A stretch of 64,000 nt of DNA. Origin: Puccinia triticina (Eukaryota). Positions 37,851 through 49,667 of this stretch are shown here, in pieces; positions within the stretch are counted from its first letter, which is position 1; every line of letters begins with the position of its first letter. Location: positions 2,666,001 to 2,730,000 of the forward strand of contig CP110440.1 in assembly GCA_026914245.1 (NCBI GenBank), written 5' to 3'. The notes beneath the pieces are model-generated. The model saw nothing but the letters and a program-made list of their open reading frames with translations, searched no databases and was not told the DNA's origin. The position numbers were made by a program, and so were the translations under genes.

Positions 37851-38285
37851 CGCTATGTTGACCCCGCGGCAGTAGAGAATTAGGCATTTTGGTGGGGACT
37901 TTTTTAAAACCAATCTCCCATATGAGTTTCTGAACCTTTTTTACTCTAATTTACATTTCTGGGATGGCTTAAGCTGTCCCCTTCTTTCTACTATTTTTTC
38001 TCATCTTCAACTCCTATGGTTGAGCTGCAATCATAGCTGTAACATTATCAATTTCAGATTCTGTACAGTGCAAAATGTGGAATGCACAATGAAGTGGACA
38101 CTTGTCAGTCACAAAAAAGGACTAAATGGGGCACCCAAGGCCCAAAATATTTACAAAGAAACTCCATGATGTTGTGCACATTTTGCTCCCCCAAATTTTT
38201 ATTACCTGATGACAAATGTCACATCCAGAAAGGATTGAAAAACATCATTTTTCTAATTCTCTACTGCCACGGGGTAGACATAGTG
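37851..38285. mobile_element. CACTA-like MITE (435 bp)
   Basis: TIRs cgctatgttgaccccgcggcagtagagaattag / ctaattctctactgccacggggtagacatagtg, with a CA dinucleotide on both flanks. It interrupts the right arm of element 12424-38359. Confidence 0.7.
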
Positions 38286-39841
38286 CATAAGTCCCTCCTT
38301 TGGAGGGTCCCTGCGGGATGGTGTCCCCCCTCCAATAGAGGAACTTAGTTAAGTTACACAACACGTGCGCCTCCGCCTCAAGACAAAAAGGGCACCACAC
38401 AATTCCCTTCCATTCTCCCTTGTTTTTTATATGTCTGGGCCTTAGGCCCGTCTCATGTGTTGTATCCCCGCTTGTCCCATAGAAACCTCACCAGTTACTT
38501 CCACATCTTCTTGTTATGCATTGAGCCCCTCAGGGCTCTCCCTGGGGGAGTGTCAGCCTACGTGATGCCAAGGATAGTAACCTTCTAGCTACATGTGGTG
38601 AAAAGCAAAATATTAGAGTTGTAAAACTCTAAGACAAAGTTATAAGGGATAATTCCAACGTAAATGTTGGGAATTATGGCGTAGAAAATAGGGCAATTAG
38701 GGCCAATTAGATTAATAAAATTGATATAACCAATTTTAAGAGGGGCCTTATTAAATCAGGGGTGTTTAATCCCTCAAAAGTAATCACTGGGGCCTGTAAA
38801 CAGGGGTGTTTTAAATCCCAGCAAGAAATAGCGGAGAATCTCAAGAGAATGGGCTTAAACTTACTAGTATAAGACCCTGGAGTCACTTGAGGTTCTTCAG
38901 GCGTGAAGTTGGGAAGTTGGAGGCGCTCAGAGGAGTTAATCTTGAGGGCAGGGTGGTTACTGGACAGCTTCAGGGTGGACTTGAGGGCTAAAAATCACAA
39001 AAGTATGTTTTTACCTGGCAAATCACAGGCTGTTGAGGCTGTTGAAGGCAGGTAAAATTCTAATAGGTAATTTAAAGCTGAGGAATCTCCTTTTATGCGG
39101 AAGAAGAGCCCTTTATACATATATTCTAGGCAGGCCTCCAGGGGCGCCCAGGGGACAGGGGGACACTTGTGGGCGCATTCTGAGGCAATTTGGTTGCGCT
39201 AGAAGGCGCTGTTAGTCGTGGAACCTTGGGGCTTGTGTCAGCCTGTAGGTAACTAACCGTGTCTGAGAGGGTTGTTACTAGCAAGATGATAGTGTAATAT
39301 TCCAAGGATGGGCCAATGTGTTTGTAATAAGACCTGTAGAAGGTTTCACTCTATCAGTAATCTTGACTGAGAGGATTTCTCAATGAAGGTGCATCCAGAT
39401 CAACACAGGGTGTTAATAGGCATCCAAGAAATAACTCAACTTGGGATTGTGGTTTTACCTACAGAAAGGTAAGGGTAATCAAGAGTTGATGTTATTCCTG
39501 AATTGAAAGATGGGTGAGAATGAAAGCACTGTTTAACTATAGTATGGGTCAAACTTTGCTGTAATAATATTCTGAGGGATAAACAGTCCTGGGGGGCGTT
39601 TTTATATAGAGGGGAAAAGAGCAGGAGGGAACATGAGGCACTTGGAGGCGCTTCAGGACCAGGGGGGAACTGGAAGCGCTCAAGGGAAGCAGATCCTCAT
39701 GAGGATCAACATTGGAAATGATCAAGGCAGTGTGATGATCAGTACTGATCCTAGATCAGTAGCAGTGCACACTAGCTGATCATAACCAATCATTGATTCC
39801 ATTTAGTGCTCTTTGAATTGGATTACATCATGTATTGTTTA

Positions 39842-40976
39842 CACCACGGGGCGAGTTTTTGGGAAACCACTCCATCTGATGGACACTACGGGGCAAAAGC
39901 ATCACTTGGACGGTTTCAAAAAGCGTCCAAGTGCCGCTTTGCTGGCCAAAGCGTCATTTGGACGCCCAAAAATAGTATCCATTGGACACTCTCCTCCAGG
40001 AGTGTCCAATGGACGCTTTTCACGCAAATGTGCACTCTGACAATCGGACACTCCAGCCGGAGTGTCCAATGGACACCAAACAAGTTGCCCAGCGGACACT
40101 CTGTAAGAGCCCACTACAGGGGTGGAGGGCTCTTCACTGGAATATAGGCTCAGGGACACGGAGGCAGGGCCTTGAGCGGTTTCTAGAACCGCAGTGGGAT
40201 GGATTACTGGCTTGGGAGAGATGTGAAGGCAATCTCTGTCAGACTATCTACACTGAGGTGAAGGAAGAGAGAAAGGGGAAAGAGGAAGTTGGGGTGAGAG
40301 CTTACCTGGCTTGGGAGAGATGTGAAGGCAATCTCTACCGAGCCAGGAGGGGCGGGGGAGTGATTGGGTTATGTAGGGGATCATTTGGGATCCTGTGATC
40401 CTGCTTGTGACACCTCTGAGGGGAGGGGTTACACACTCTCGGTTGAGTGTCCAATGATTGCAAGAAACACTGTGCATCACCCTTGATTCATGAGGGTGTC
40501 CAATGGACACCAAAAAAAAAACCCTTGGACACCCTTGATAAAGACTGTGCAATTGATCTGAGTGTCCAATAAACTGTTGGACGGCAAAGGGGTGTCGTTT
40601 TTTGCGGTCTATTAGTGATGAAGGTGGGGATCTTTCAAGGTGCTATTTATGTGGTGTAGTTGGGAGAGCAAGGCTCCCCACGTGATCAGATGTGCCCCAG
40701 GTTGCATGTTTGACCCCCTCCGCGAGTAGTGGTGCATGCTGGCGAGCCGGGCCACTCATTTTTTGATGCCCGATGGAGTGTGGAGCCATCCAGCGGATGG
40801 TCCTTCAATCATCCACTGAACGCTCCCTGGTCCGTACATGGGATGGTTTGTCCGAACCATCCAATGCGAGGGAAGTACAATGTCTGTCCAAGGGATGGAC
40901 TCCCCCGTGCAAGAGCCGGACAGCCAAAGGTGCAACCATTGGTCCAACCAATGGATGTCCTGGATGGCCCGTGGTG
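39842..40976. mobile_element. Non-autonomous CAC...GTG (CMC-like) element inside the probable LTR
   Basis: Ends caccacggg / cccgtggtg with TA on both flanks. tggacac/gtgtcca and ccatcc/ggatgg motifs are reiterated inside. Confidence 0.6.
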
Positions 40977-43900
40977 TATGTATTTATATCATAACCAATA
41001 TGTTATGTAAATAGGGACTGATTCATAACCGGGGATAAATGAGTGATACCTGTCTTGGGGTATTTCACGTGTACAGCAATATTACAATGTATTGTAATCT
41101 TACTGTTTGCCCGTAACTTAACTCTTATAACAACAGTACATTATGGTAACTATATTTAACTATGGTTATCTGTAATGTGATGTATAACAAGAGTACATTC
41201 TTAAGCTTGTATCTAATGATATACATATGTAATAAAGGTGTAAGAGGAATGTACTATATGTAATGTGAACAATTGCAGGTACTTGGTACGTGTAAGGTAC
41301 TGTGACATGTACTCTGTGGCTGACACTTCCTCCCTCCAAAAAAGGCTGATCAAAGAATTAAAGATTTCTTTCATCAACTCTGTATTGTCTAAGGACTTTT
41401 TCAGAGTCTGGAATTTGGTCAGTAGTGAGCAATTCATCTTCTTTAGAACCACTGTATCTAACTAGATATTGTTTAATGTCCACATTGTTTTTTCTAATTT
41501 TTCTGTGTTGTAATACCTTCTTTATTTTCACAACTTCTTTCTCCAGTCTTGGAATTACAACCTTGATGTTGTCTTTCCTTAAAGGGAAACTTTCATTGTT
41601 ACTAGGCATGTAAGGTTTGATTAAACCAACAGGAAAGGTAGTGTGTTTTCTTTCTAATTCACCTGTCAGTATGACTTCAACAGCATTCTTTCTGTGTAAA
41701 GCTTTAATAACAAATGGTCCTACAAATGAGTCTCTCAATTTCTTAGGGCCAGTGAGGTTGGTAAAGTTAAATGTAGAAATAAGAACTTCTTCTCCAACTT
41801 TAAACTGGTGAGGTTTATGAGTCTTGTCCCATCTAGTTTTATTGTATTCAAAGGACTTTTTAAATACATTCTGTGGCGTAATTAGCTGTCTTAGTCATCA
41901 TTTGATGGAAGTCTGCTGCATTAGGATGTATTGTTACAGATTTAGATAAAACCAAGTCTTTGGGGAACCATGGAATCCATCCTCTTTCCAATTCAAAAGG
42001 CGGAATATTTTTAGAGCTATGTTTGCTGGAATTGTAGGCAAACTCAAGGGCTGGTAAGAGTGAGCACCAATCATGAGTTTAGTTATCCTTGTCCTTAAAT
42101 TCCAATCCATAGGCACAATATCTTCTGATCATGTCTTCAAGAGTTTGAATCATCCTTTCAGCTAATCCATCAGTCTGTGGGTGGTAAGCTGTTGAGAACT
42201 TTAATTGTGTACCACATAGATCATAAAGTCCTCTCCAGAATTTTGAGGTAAAATTTGGATCTCTGTCTGTAATAATGTATCTTGGGCATCCTACATCAGC
42301 AATTATCTTTTGCCAAAACAACATAGCTATATCAAAAGCTGTATTCTCTTTATGACATGGAAGAAATTTGGTTCTTTTGGAAAATCTGTCTACTACCACC
42401 ACCAGGGAAGCTTTGGGGGCATTCCCCAAGGAGTGCCACAGCTGAATTTGGTGCTAGTTTTTGTCTGAAATGAGGTGGAATTCCTTACTATCTGATGTTT
42501 GAATTGTTTCATTACTTGGCAATAACAATAGGCTGATCTAATTTGGATTGATATGTAACTATTCAATGTGAACTATCATTCAACTACATTGAATTCATAT
42601 TGAAGTCAAGTTCATTAAAATCCTAACCCATGTTTTACATTTCCAAATCAACTCTTGCATCCCCAAATTCTTTTTACTGTGGTGTGAAATCCCTTTGCAG
42701 ATAGATATCACATCTTCAAAGGAACTGTGAATTAAAAACCTCTCTGTTATCAGCTAAAAGCATTTATGTACCAGCTATTTTCACCTTAGAGTATTACAAT
42801 TCCGCTATAAATTGGTGTCAAGTAGCAGAATTGAACCATTTCTGTGCTGTAGCTACGCGCAAAGGGCACAAACAAGCGCCTTTTACGCTGCGCTACAGCA
42901 CTATTTAGCATATTTTTAGACTTTTTTTCCGCTGCAAGGACTGTTTCAGAGCATAAAATAGCTTAGCAGGGGTGGCAGAATGGTAAAACTGCAAAGGAAA
43001 GGTTTTGGTTAGCACTGCCACCCTAATGCTAAATTACCCTGTATTTACCCACCATTTTTACAAGACAGCTACAGAGTGGTGCAGTAACTGCTAGCCTCAT
43101 GAATGTGAAAAAAATTGGTTGTTTCAATACAGTAAAATAGCTGCCTTTATCTGTGTAGTGTAACACTTGCTGTTAACATGCTCAGGTGGTATTGGTATTA
43201 GTAACAACAACTTTTAAGCCTGGGACCGTATTTCAAAGGGGTAAATTTTTTCAGTCTGACTTTACTATCAACACATTAACCACTGAGTAACACAATACAG
43301 AGGGTTAAATGGCCTCCTCTTTCCAATAAATTTTCCAATATCTGCCCCTCTGCGCCGCCAGATATTGTAAATAATGTAAAAAAATAAAGCTACCTGAGGT
43401 GTGATATTGTAGCACACTTCTGTTATGTTAGTGGTAGTGGTAAAAAGCAAAACATTGTTAAAATATTGGTATGTTACTGATATCCATACTGTATATATAC
43501 AGTATGGATATGTACGTACCTACCCGCCATTGCATGTGACATGACAGCTTCTTTGGCCCCATTGTTATATTTTGAAATTTGAGATGTGACATCAATCCAA
43601 AACATGTGGGTGAAATGAATTCTTCACATACTTTATCAAAAGTAGTTTATATAAATGATTCCCTCAAAGTGATAGGAGTTTCCTAGAAATTCACCAAAAA
43701 ATGGCTAGAATAGTATGTAAAAGGGGTGGAAGAACAGTTGAATTCAAGACTGGCTTTGCTGTTCCACAGTTCATCTGAGGTCACAACCCCTTCACGTAGA
43801 TCAGCTGCTCAGTTGTTTTCTTGTTTTTGTTTTTGCAATTTCCATATGCATATGCACATGGAACTGTTTTACATTTCGCCAATTTCACCCTATTGTACGC

Positions 43901-45362
43901 GCGCACGCGCCGCGTACAATGGGATGACAACTGGAAGGAAATTATTCCTTTAATGTGATGGGAGTTTCCTTGAATTTACCTCAGAAAATGGCTAGAATAT
44001 CATGTAAAAGGGGCAGAAAACTGGTTGAAGTCAAGACTGGCTTTTATTTGCCAGATTTTGTATAGAGGAACCAACAAAGTTACACAAATCAGCCACTCAT
44101 TTGTGTTGTTGTTCATGTTTTTGAAAATTCCAGATGCATATGCATATGAATCTGTTTTGCATTTTGCCAATTTCACCCTATTGTTTGCGCGTACGATAGG
44201 GTGACAACTGGAGGGCTAGGACACCACAGCAACACACCAGGATTAATTGAGGTAAGAAAAGCAAAACCCAGCAGCAAAAATGGGTAGTTTAAGTTACAAT
44301 ACACTATGATAACCGCTGTTATCTGTGTGTTGTAACACTTGCTGTTACTACACTCAGGGGTTATTGGTATCAGTAAAAAATGGTTCAAATCCTGGGGCCG
44401 TATTGTAACAGGCCAGAATATCTAATGTGTTACCGGCATTGCTAGTAACGTAACACATTAACCGCTGGATAACAAGATAAAGAGGGGCAAATTGCCACCT
44501 CTTACTAAGGAACTTTACAACATCTTCCCCTCTTTACCAGCAGATATTGTAATGGACGTCAAATAACAAGTTTCTTCAAGTTGCAATATTTTAATGCACT
44601 TTTGTTACAGCTAACGGTAAAATTAAGAAACAAAAAAAATGTTACAATATTAGCATGTTACCAATAACCGTACTGTACCTACCCACCATGTCCAGAAGTC
44701 ATCACCCATTTTTTCTCTGCAGCTCCAGAGGAAAAAAATCTTTGAACCACTTCTTTATTGCTCTGGGTAGCAGCAGGAAATCAAAATTTAGTCAGAATTA
44801 CACTGGACTTGTATATGATATTGTGATGAGTGTCTACCATTAAAATGAAACTTGCTTAAACTTTCTACCAACAATGTTCTCTAAGCTACACTACACTAAA
44901 GGGCTACTTAGTGTTGGCAGATCTGCACCAACTGTTGCCCTTTTTTTCTGCAGTGTTAGCGGCCACTACCCCTGCTATGCTACAGCACTTTTAGCCGCAA
45001 AAAATGCCAAAATGACTCTAAAAAGTGCTGTAGTGCATGATTGCGGGAATTTTTTAGTAGCTTGCCTGCCTAGGGTTAGCAAAAAATTAGATCAATTCTT
45101 CTACACTACACTGATTTTTAGTGGAACTGCGCTACACCACCATAATGGATGCATTGTTCCACTTGAGTTATAAAGTGGTTACAGACTGTTTTGTTCCAGT
45201 TTATTTCCAATGGAGTTGCAGATGACTTCTAGCCAAGTTTTGGATACTTTATGTATAGTTACATATCATTTCATGTTTGATTATACATATGTTGTAATAG
45301 ATATTGTGCCAAGTTATGAAAATAATTCATGGTGAGGCACTCTCTGGGGAGTGCCCCCAAAG

Positions 45363-47334
45363 CAAGGGTGGGCCGTTACGTTACCCGTAATTGGGAACGT
45401 AACTGTAACGTAACTTTTAAAGTTACGTTACCCAGTAGTTACAGATACCTTGATTTTAGTTACAATATCTGCCGCAGAAAAAGGGCGGTTTATTTTCTAG
45501 TTACTTTACCCAGAAGCTTTCAACAAAATGGGTTACGTTACAGTTTTGCCCAAATTTGGGTAACTTTGCCGTAACTTTCCAAGAGAAATGACTATTTGTG
45601 GGTTTTTTTGTTCAATATGAGTACGTATTGGGCTCAAGTTGATGTAAAACAGCCACTGATGCCAGTTTCTGCCCAGGGTGTCAGGTCAAAATAGGTGCAC
45701 AGTGAGGATTGAACCCGCAACCTGCATGTTGCAAAACATACAAGTGGCAAGCACTAACCATTATCACCACCTGCAAATGGGTGTGGTTTTCTCCGCAGCC
45801 ACACCCAGTGGTTTTCCAACTGAACTCGCGCGGCCCCCGGGAACCATCATTCGGGGTAAACATAACTCGCCCGGGCCGGTCATCTGGCTGGTCACATGAC
45901 GACCAGCCAAGTTGTACAGCTTGATGAACGGCGAGCCGCGGGTCATCAGGACGCACCGATGACCGGACAGCTGGGCGGTCATCAAGGTATACATGCCTCG
46001 ATGACTGGTCAGACGGCTGGTCGTCAAGGCAGACAGCTCGATGACTGGAGCCGGCCGGTCATCAAGACGGTAGACACTCGATGACCGGCCATCTAATCGG
46101 TCATTAAGGCACAGATACAACTCGATCACCGGCCAGCTGGCTGGTCATCGAGGTGTCCTTGATGTCAAGGTACATGTACCTTGATGACCAGCCATCTGAG
46201 CAGTCATTGAGGTATACACCTCAATGACCGGCCAACTGGCTGGCCATCAACATATGTACCTCGATGACCAGCCAGCCGGCTGGTTTTCGAGGTATGAATG
46301 TACCTTGATGAACCGACCCGAGCTGGCCGGTCATCAAGGTGTATGCCTTAATGGCCGGTTGGCTCCGGTCATCAATGATCAAGGCCTTGATGACCGGCCG
46401 GCTCCGGTCATCAATGATCCAGCCTTGATGACAGGGATGATCAAGGTGTATGCCTTGACGACCGGCCTGCTCCGGTCATCAAGGTGCCTGTATACCTCGA
46501 CGACCAGCCAGCTGACCGGTCATCGAGGTACAATTTTGATGGCCAGCCAGTTGGCCGGTCATTGAGGTGTATACCTTGATGACTGGTCAGACGGCTGGCC
46601 ATCGAGGTATACATGTACCTCGATGACCGGAGCCAGCCGGTCATCAAGGACACTTCAATGACCAGCCAGCTGGCCGGTCTGAGGTGATCGAGGTGTATCC
46701 TTGATGACCGGTCATTGATCAGTGTCTGCCTTCTTGATGACCGGCCGGCTCCGGTCATCGAGCTGTCTGCCTTGATGACCAGCCGTCTGACCAGTCATTG
46801 AGGCATGTATAGCTCGATGACCGGCCAGCTGTCCGGTCATCGGTGTGTCCTGATGACCCGCGGCTGTCCGGTCATCGGTGTGTCCTGATGACCCGCGGCT
46901 CGCCGGTCATCAAGTTGCACAACTTGGCTGGTCGTCATTTGACCAGCCAGATGAACGGCCCGGGTGAGTTATGTGTATCATCACCCCGAATGATGGTTTC
47001 CGGGGGCCGCACGAGTTTTCCGGGGGCCGCGCGAGTTCCGAGGGAAAACCACTGGCTGTGGCTGCGGAGAAAACCACACCCATTTGCAGGTGGTGTATGC
47101 TAAATTCATTATTCAAATGAACCATTCTTTGAGAATATTGAACAAAAAATGTCCACCCCAAAAAAGTTACGTTATCCAAAACCTCCAAAACTCAAAAATA
47201 AAAAAAGTTACTTTACGTTACGTTACTCAAAAAAAATGTTACGTTACCCAAATGGCTAATTTGGATAACTAAAAAAAAGTTACGGTATCCAATTAGCCCT
47301 CCGTAACGTACCGTAACGTAACTGCCCACCCTTG
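45363..47334. mobile_element. Non-autonomous CAA...TTG TIR element with 7-bp TSD, inserted in the right TIR of 42400-47352
   Basis: Ends caagggtgggccgttacgttac / gtaacgtaactgcccacccttg. TSD cccaaag at 45356-45362 and 47335-47341. gttac/gtaac motifs are reiterated in the subtermini. Confidence 0.92.
45765..47095. mobile_element. Foldback CMC-like element filled with short gatgacc/ggtcatc dyad repeats
   Basis: Ends caccacctgcaaatgggtgtggttttctccgcagccaca / tgtggctgcggagaaaaccacacccatttgcaggtggtg, with inverted similarity extending ~300 bp. TSD TAT at 45762-45764 and 47096-47098. Confidence 0.92.
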
Positions 47335-49667
47335 CCCAAAGCTGCCCTGGTGCACTAGTACTGAATTATAGTTATCTTGTCCTGCAGGTGGTAATCCTGT
47401 AACAAAATCCATATTAATTACATCTTTCAGTAGGTTCTTCAATTTCCTGTAATAGTCTATATCTTTTTCCTGTAGCTTTGTTGGCTTTTTGGCACCTTTC
47501 ACAAGATTCACAGTAATCCTTGGTTTCATTCTTAAAGTTTGGCCACAATGCAATGTGCTTCACTCTCTCTGTAGTGCAGTCTACAGAGAAATGCCCAGCA
47601 GTGATATTATCATGGCATTCTCTAAGGAATAAATTGATATGTTCTCTTTGCACCAGGACCACTACACTAGTATGTTTGGTTCTATGGTAAAGTAAGCCAT
47701 CAAGAAGGGAAAATCTGTCTTCTTTAAATGCTGTAGCCCAGGGTTCTTCTAATTAGTTAATTAACTCCATATTGTTATACTTACTTTGTAGGATTTCCTT
47801 AATGGTAGAGGTATTCTTATTGGTATCATAGGATTTTCTGATTTCATCCCAGAATTCCTCTTCCATTTCACATACGTGTAATCCAAGGATATCATAATTT
47901 TCTGAAGGAGCATCATATTTAGGATTATCTTCATCATTCTCCTGAGAAAATAAGGCCATGATTTTTGCAGCAATTTCTCCATCTCATGCTGGGTTCTCTC
48001 TCTGGTAAATTTTCTCAAGACCATCTGCTAAGACCATCCACATTTTTATGGAGTTTTCCAGCTCTGTGGATGATAGTCATGCTTCCTCTCCAGATTTGAA
48101 TAGCAATTTGCCATCTAAGCATATGTCTATTGGGAGTTTTCATACCTAAGAGACTTTTAAGGGCTATAGAATCAGTAATGACTTCAAAGTCACATCCTTC
48201 CAAGTAGTAATATAATTTCTCTAGTGCCCATATTAGACAAAAACATTCTAGCTGGCTAGCTCCATATCTTTTTTCACTGTCTTTCAAGGTGCGGGAAATG
48301 TAGCATATGAATCCTTCTCTGGGGACTTCAAAATCCTGTATCTGGTGTAATGCACCGCCTAATCCTTCCATGCTGGCATCTAAATATAATCTGTAAGGTT
48401 TATGAGGATCAGGCATGAACAGTATTGGTGCTGATGTACGTTTTTCTCTCATTAAATCAAATGCTTCCACTCTAGTAGTTGTCATTTCAAAGGCAGTATT
48501 GGGACTACTAAGTTGATAAAGTGGGCCACTTATTTTTGCAAAATCCTTAATGTGTTGTCTATAGTAACTTGCAAAAACTAAGAATGACTGTACTTCCTTG
48601 AGGTTAGTTGGCATAGGTTTGAGCAAAACAGCTGCTACTTTATTCATGTCTATAGCCATACTGAGTCCTGATACTATATGTCCTAGAGCTTTAAGTTCTT
48701 GAAATCCAAACCGGCATTTACTCATTGAAATTTTCATATTCATTTTAATTACTCTTTCCAAGACTATGGTCAACTTCTTGAGGTGTTCTTCCCAGTCTTG
48801 GCTGAATATGATAATGTCATCAATGTAAATTATAAGCCATCCTTCACGTAATTCTCTGTGGAATTCAGTATCCATCATTCTCTGGAAGTGAGATGGTGCA
48901 TTTTTAATTCCAAAAGGCATTCTGAGATATTCATAAATACCCATATGTAGTATAATGCATAACAAATGTCTACTGTCTTCATGAATTACATTTTGATGGA
49001 ATCCTTTTAGTGCATCCATGCAGGTACTAAATTTTGCATTCTCGAGTTGCGTGATTGCTTCACTGATCTTGGGCATAGGATATCTGAGGAATAGTGTAGG
49101 TATTGAGGGCTCTAAAATCACCAACCATCCTGGACTTACCATTAAGAGTATGGGTGTGTAAATTGAGATCTGGGAGGCTCCCAGACTCGACGGGAAGTGC
49201 TCCAGTGACCTATGTGGTTTTGGGTCTACATTTCTTGGTTGAAGTGTTCCCGGAGCTGGTATGTGCATTGTGAAATAATTTGATGAAGGGGCAAGCACAA
49301 GCAGTGAGAAATGTTTGTGTGTGGCCTGAAAACGGGCAATGGCGGAGAGGCCACCGCGGACGCGCCGGCTCGCTGCTCGCAGAGCACGTCGGATAAAGTC
49401 TTGCAGGGCCAAGACCACATAAAAGCCCGCCCAGTCTGCAATTGGCAAAGAAGGATGCTGCTGACCATCTGAACCTCAGCACACACATACATAAATATCC
49501 TGGTGGCTCAGGCGCAATTCGCAACCCGACCGAGTCGAACATCAAACCAAACAATACAGAAAACCCACCCTCCAATTCGGTGCCCGACTTGCCTTTTTTC
49601 CACAGAGGCCTCATAGCAAGCCCTCACCATCCGTTCTCATCCGGAGCATCACTCTCATCCGTCGGAC

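Larger units (their letters stand above)
12424..38359. mobile_element. Old non-autonomous TIR element (~1 kb once inserts are removed) hosting two gypsy elements and a MITE
   Basis: Left arm gtctaacttagct...cctccaaaggagg...cttagggcctgtaccata (12424-12508) is an imperfect inverse of right arm tatggtacaggccct[MITE]taagtccctcctttggagg...agttaagttacac (37832-38359). A duplication flanks both ends (aacac; readable as 5, 7 or 9 bp). Confidence 0.65.
42400..47352. mobile_element. Non-autonomous CMC/EnSpm-like element inserted in the gypsy integrase
   Basis: Left end caccagggaagctttgggggcattcccc; right end ggggagtgcccccaaag[insert]ctgccctggtg. TSD CAC at 42397-42399 and 47353-47355. Removal restores YNSVLVVVDRFSK. 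Confidence 0.9.
39236..49090 (-). mobile_element. Third, older 5'-truncated Ty3/gypsy element (RT, RNase H, integrase, chromo-like tail, 3' LTR) carrying nested DNA transposons
   Basis: pol fragments at 48015-49087 (YPMP, MPFGIKNAP, IYIDDIIIFS, LDAS), 47356-47959, 41934-42396 (AYHPQTDGLAER) and 41358-41738 (GPF...YLVRY). Polypurine tract at 41326-41337. Probable LTR 39236-41325 bounded by tgtcagcc...ggctgaca. No 5' LTR. Confidence 0.88.

Noticed and set aside
38551..39235. LTR-like segment starting tgtcagcc after a purine run
   Set aside because: No partner LTR, second end or TSD in the window.
49088..49448. N-terminal ~120 aa of ORF 48015-49448 as a host-RT fusion protein
   Set aside because: The frame has a non-ATG start and runs by chance from the CDC5 upstream region into the truncated RT; RT similarity starts only at RYPMP.
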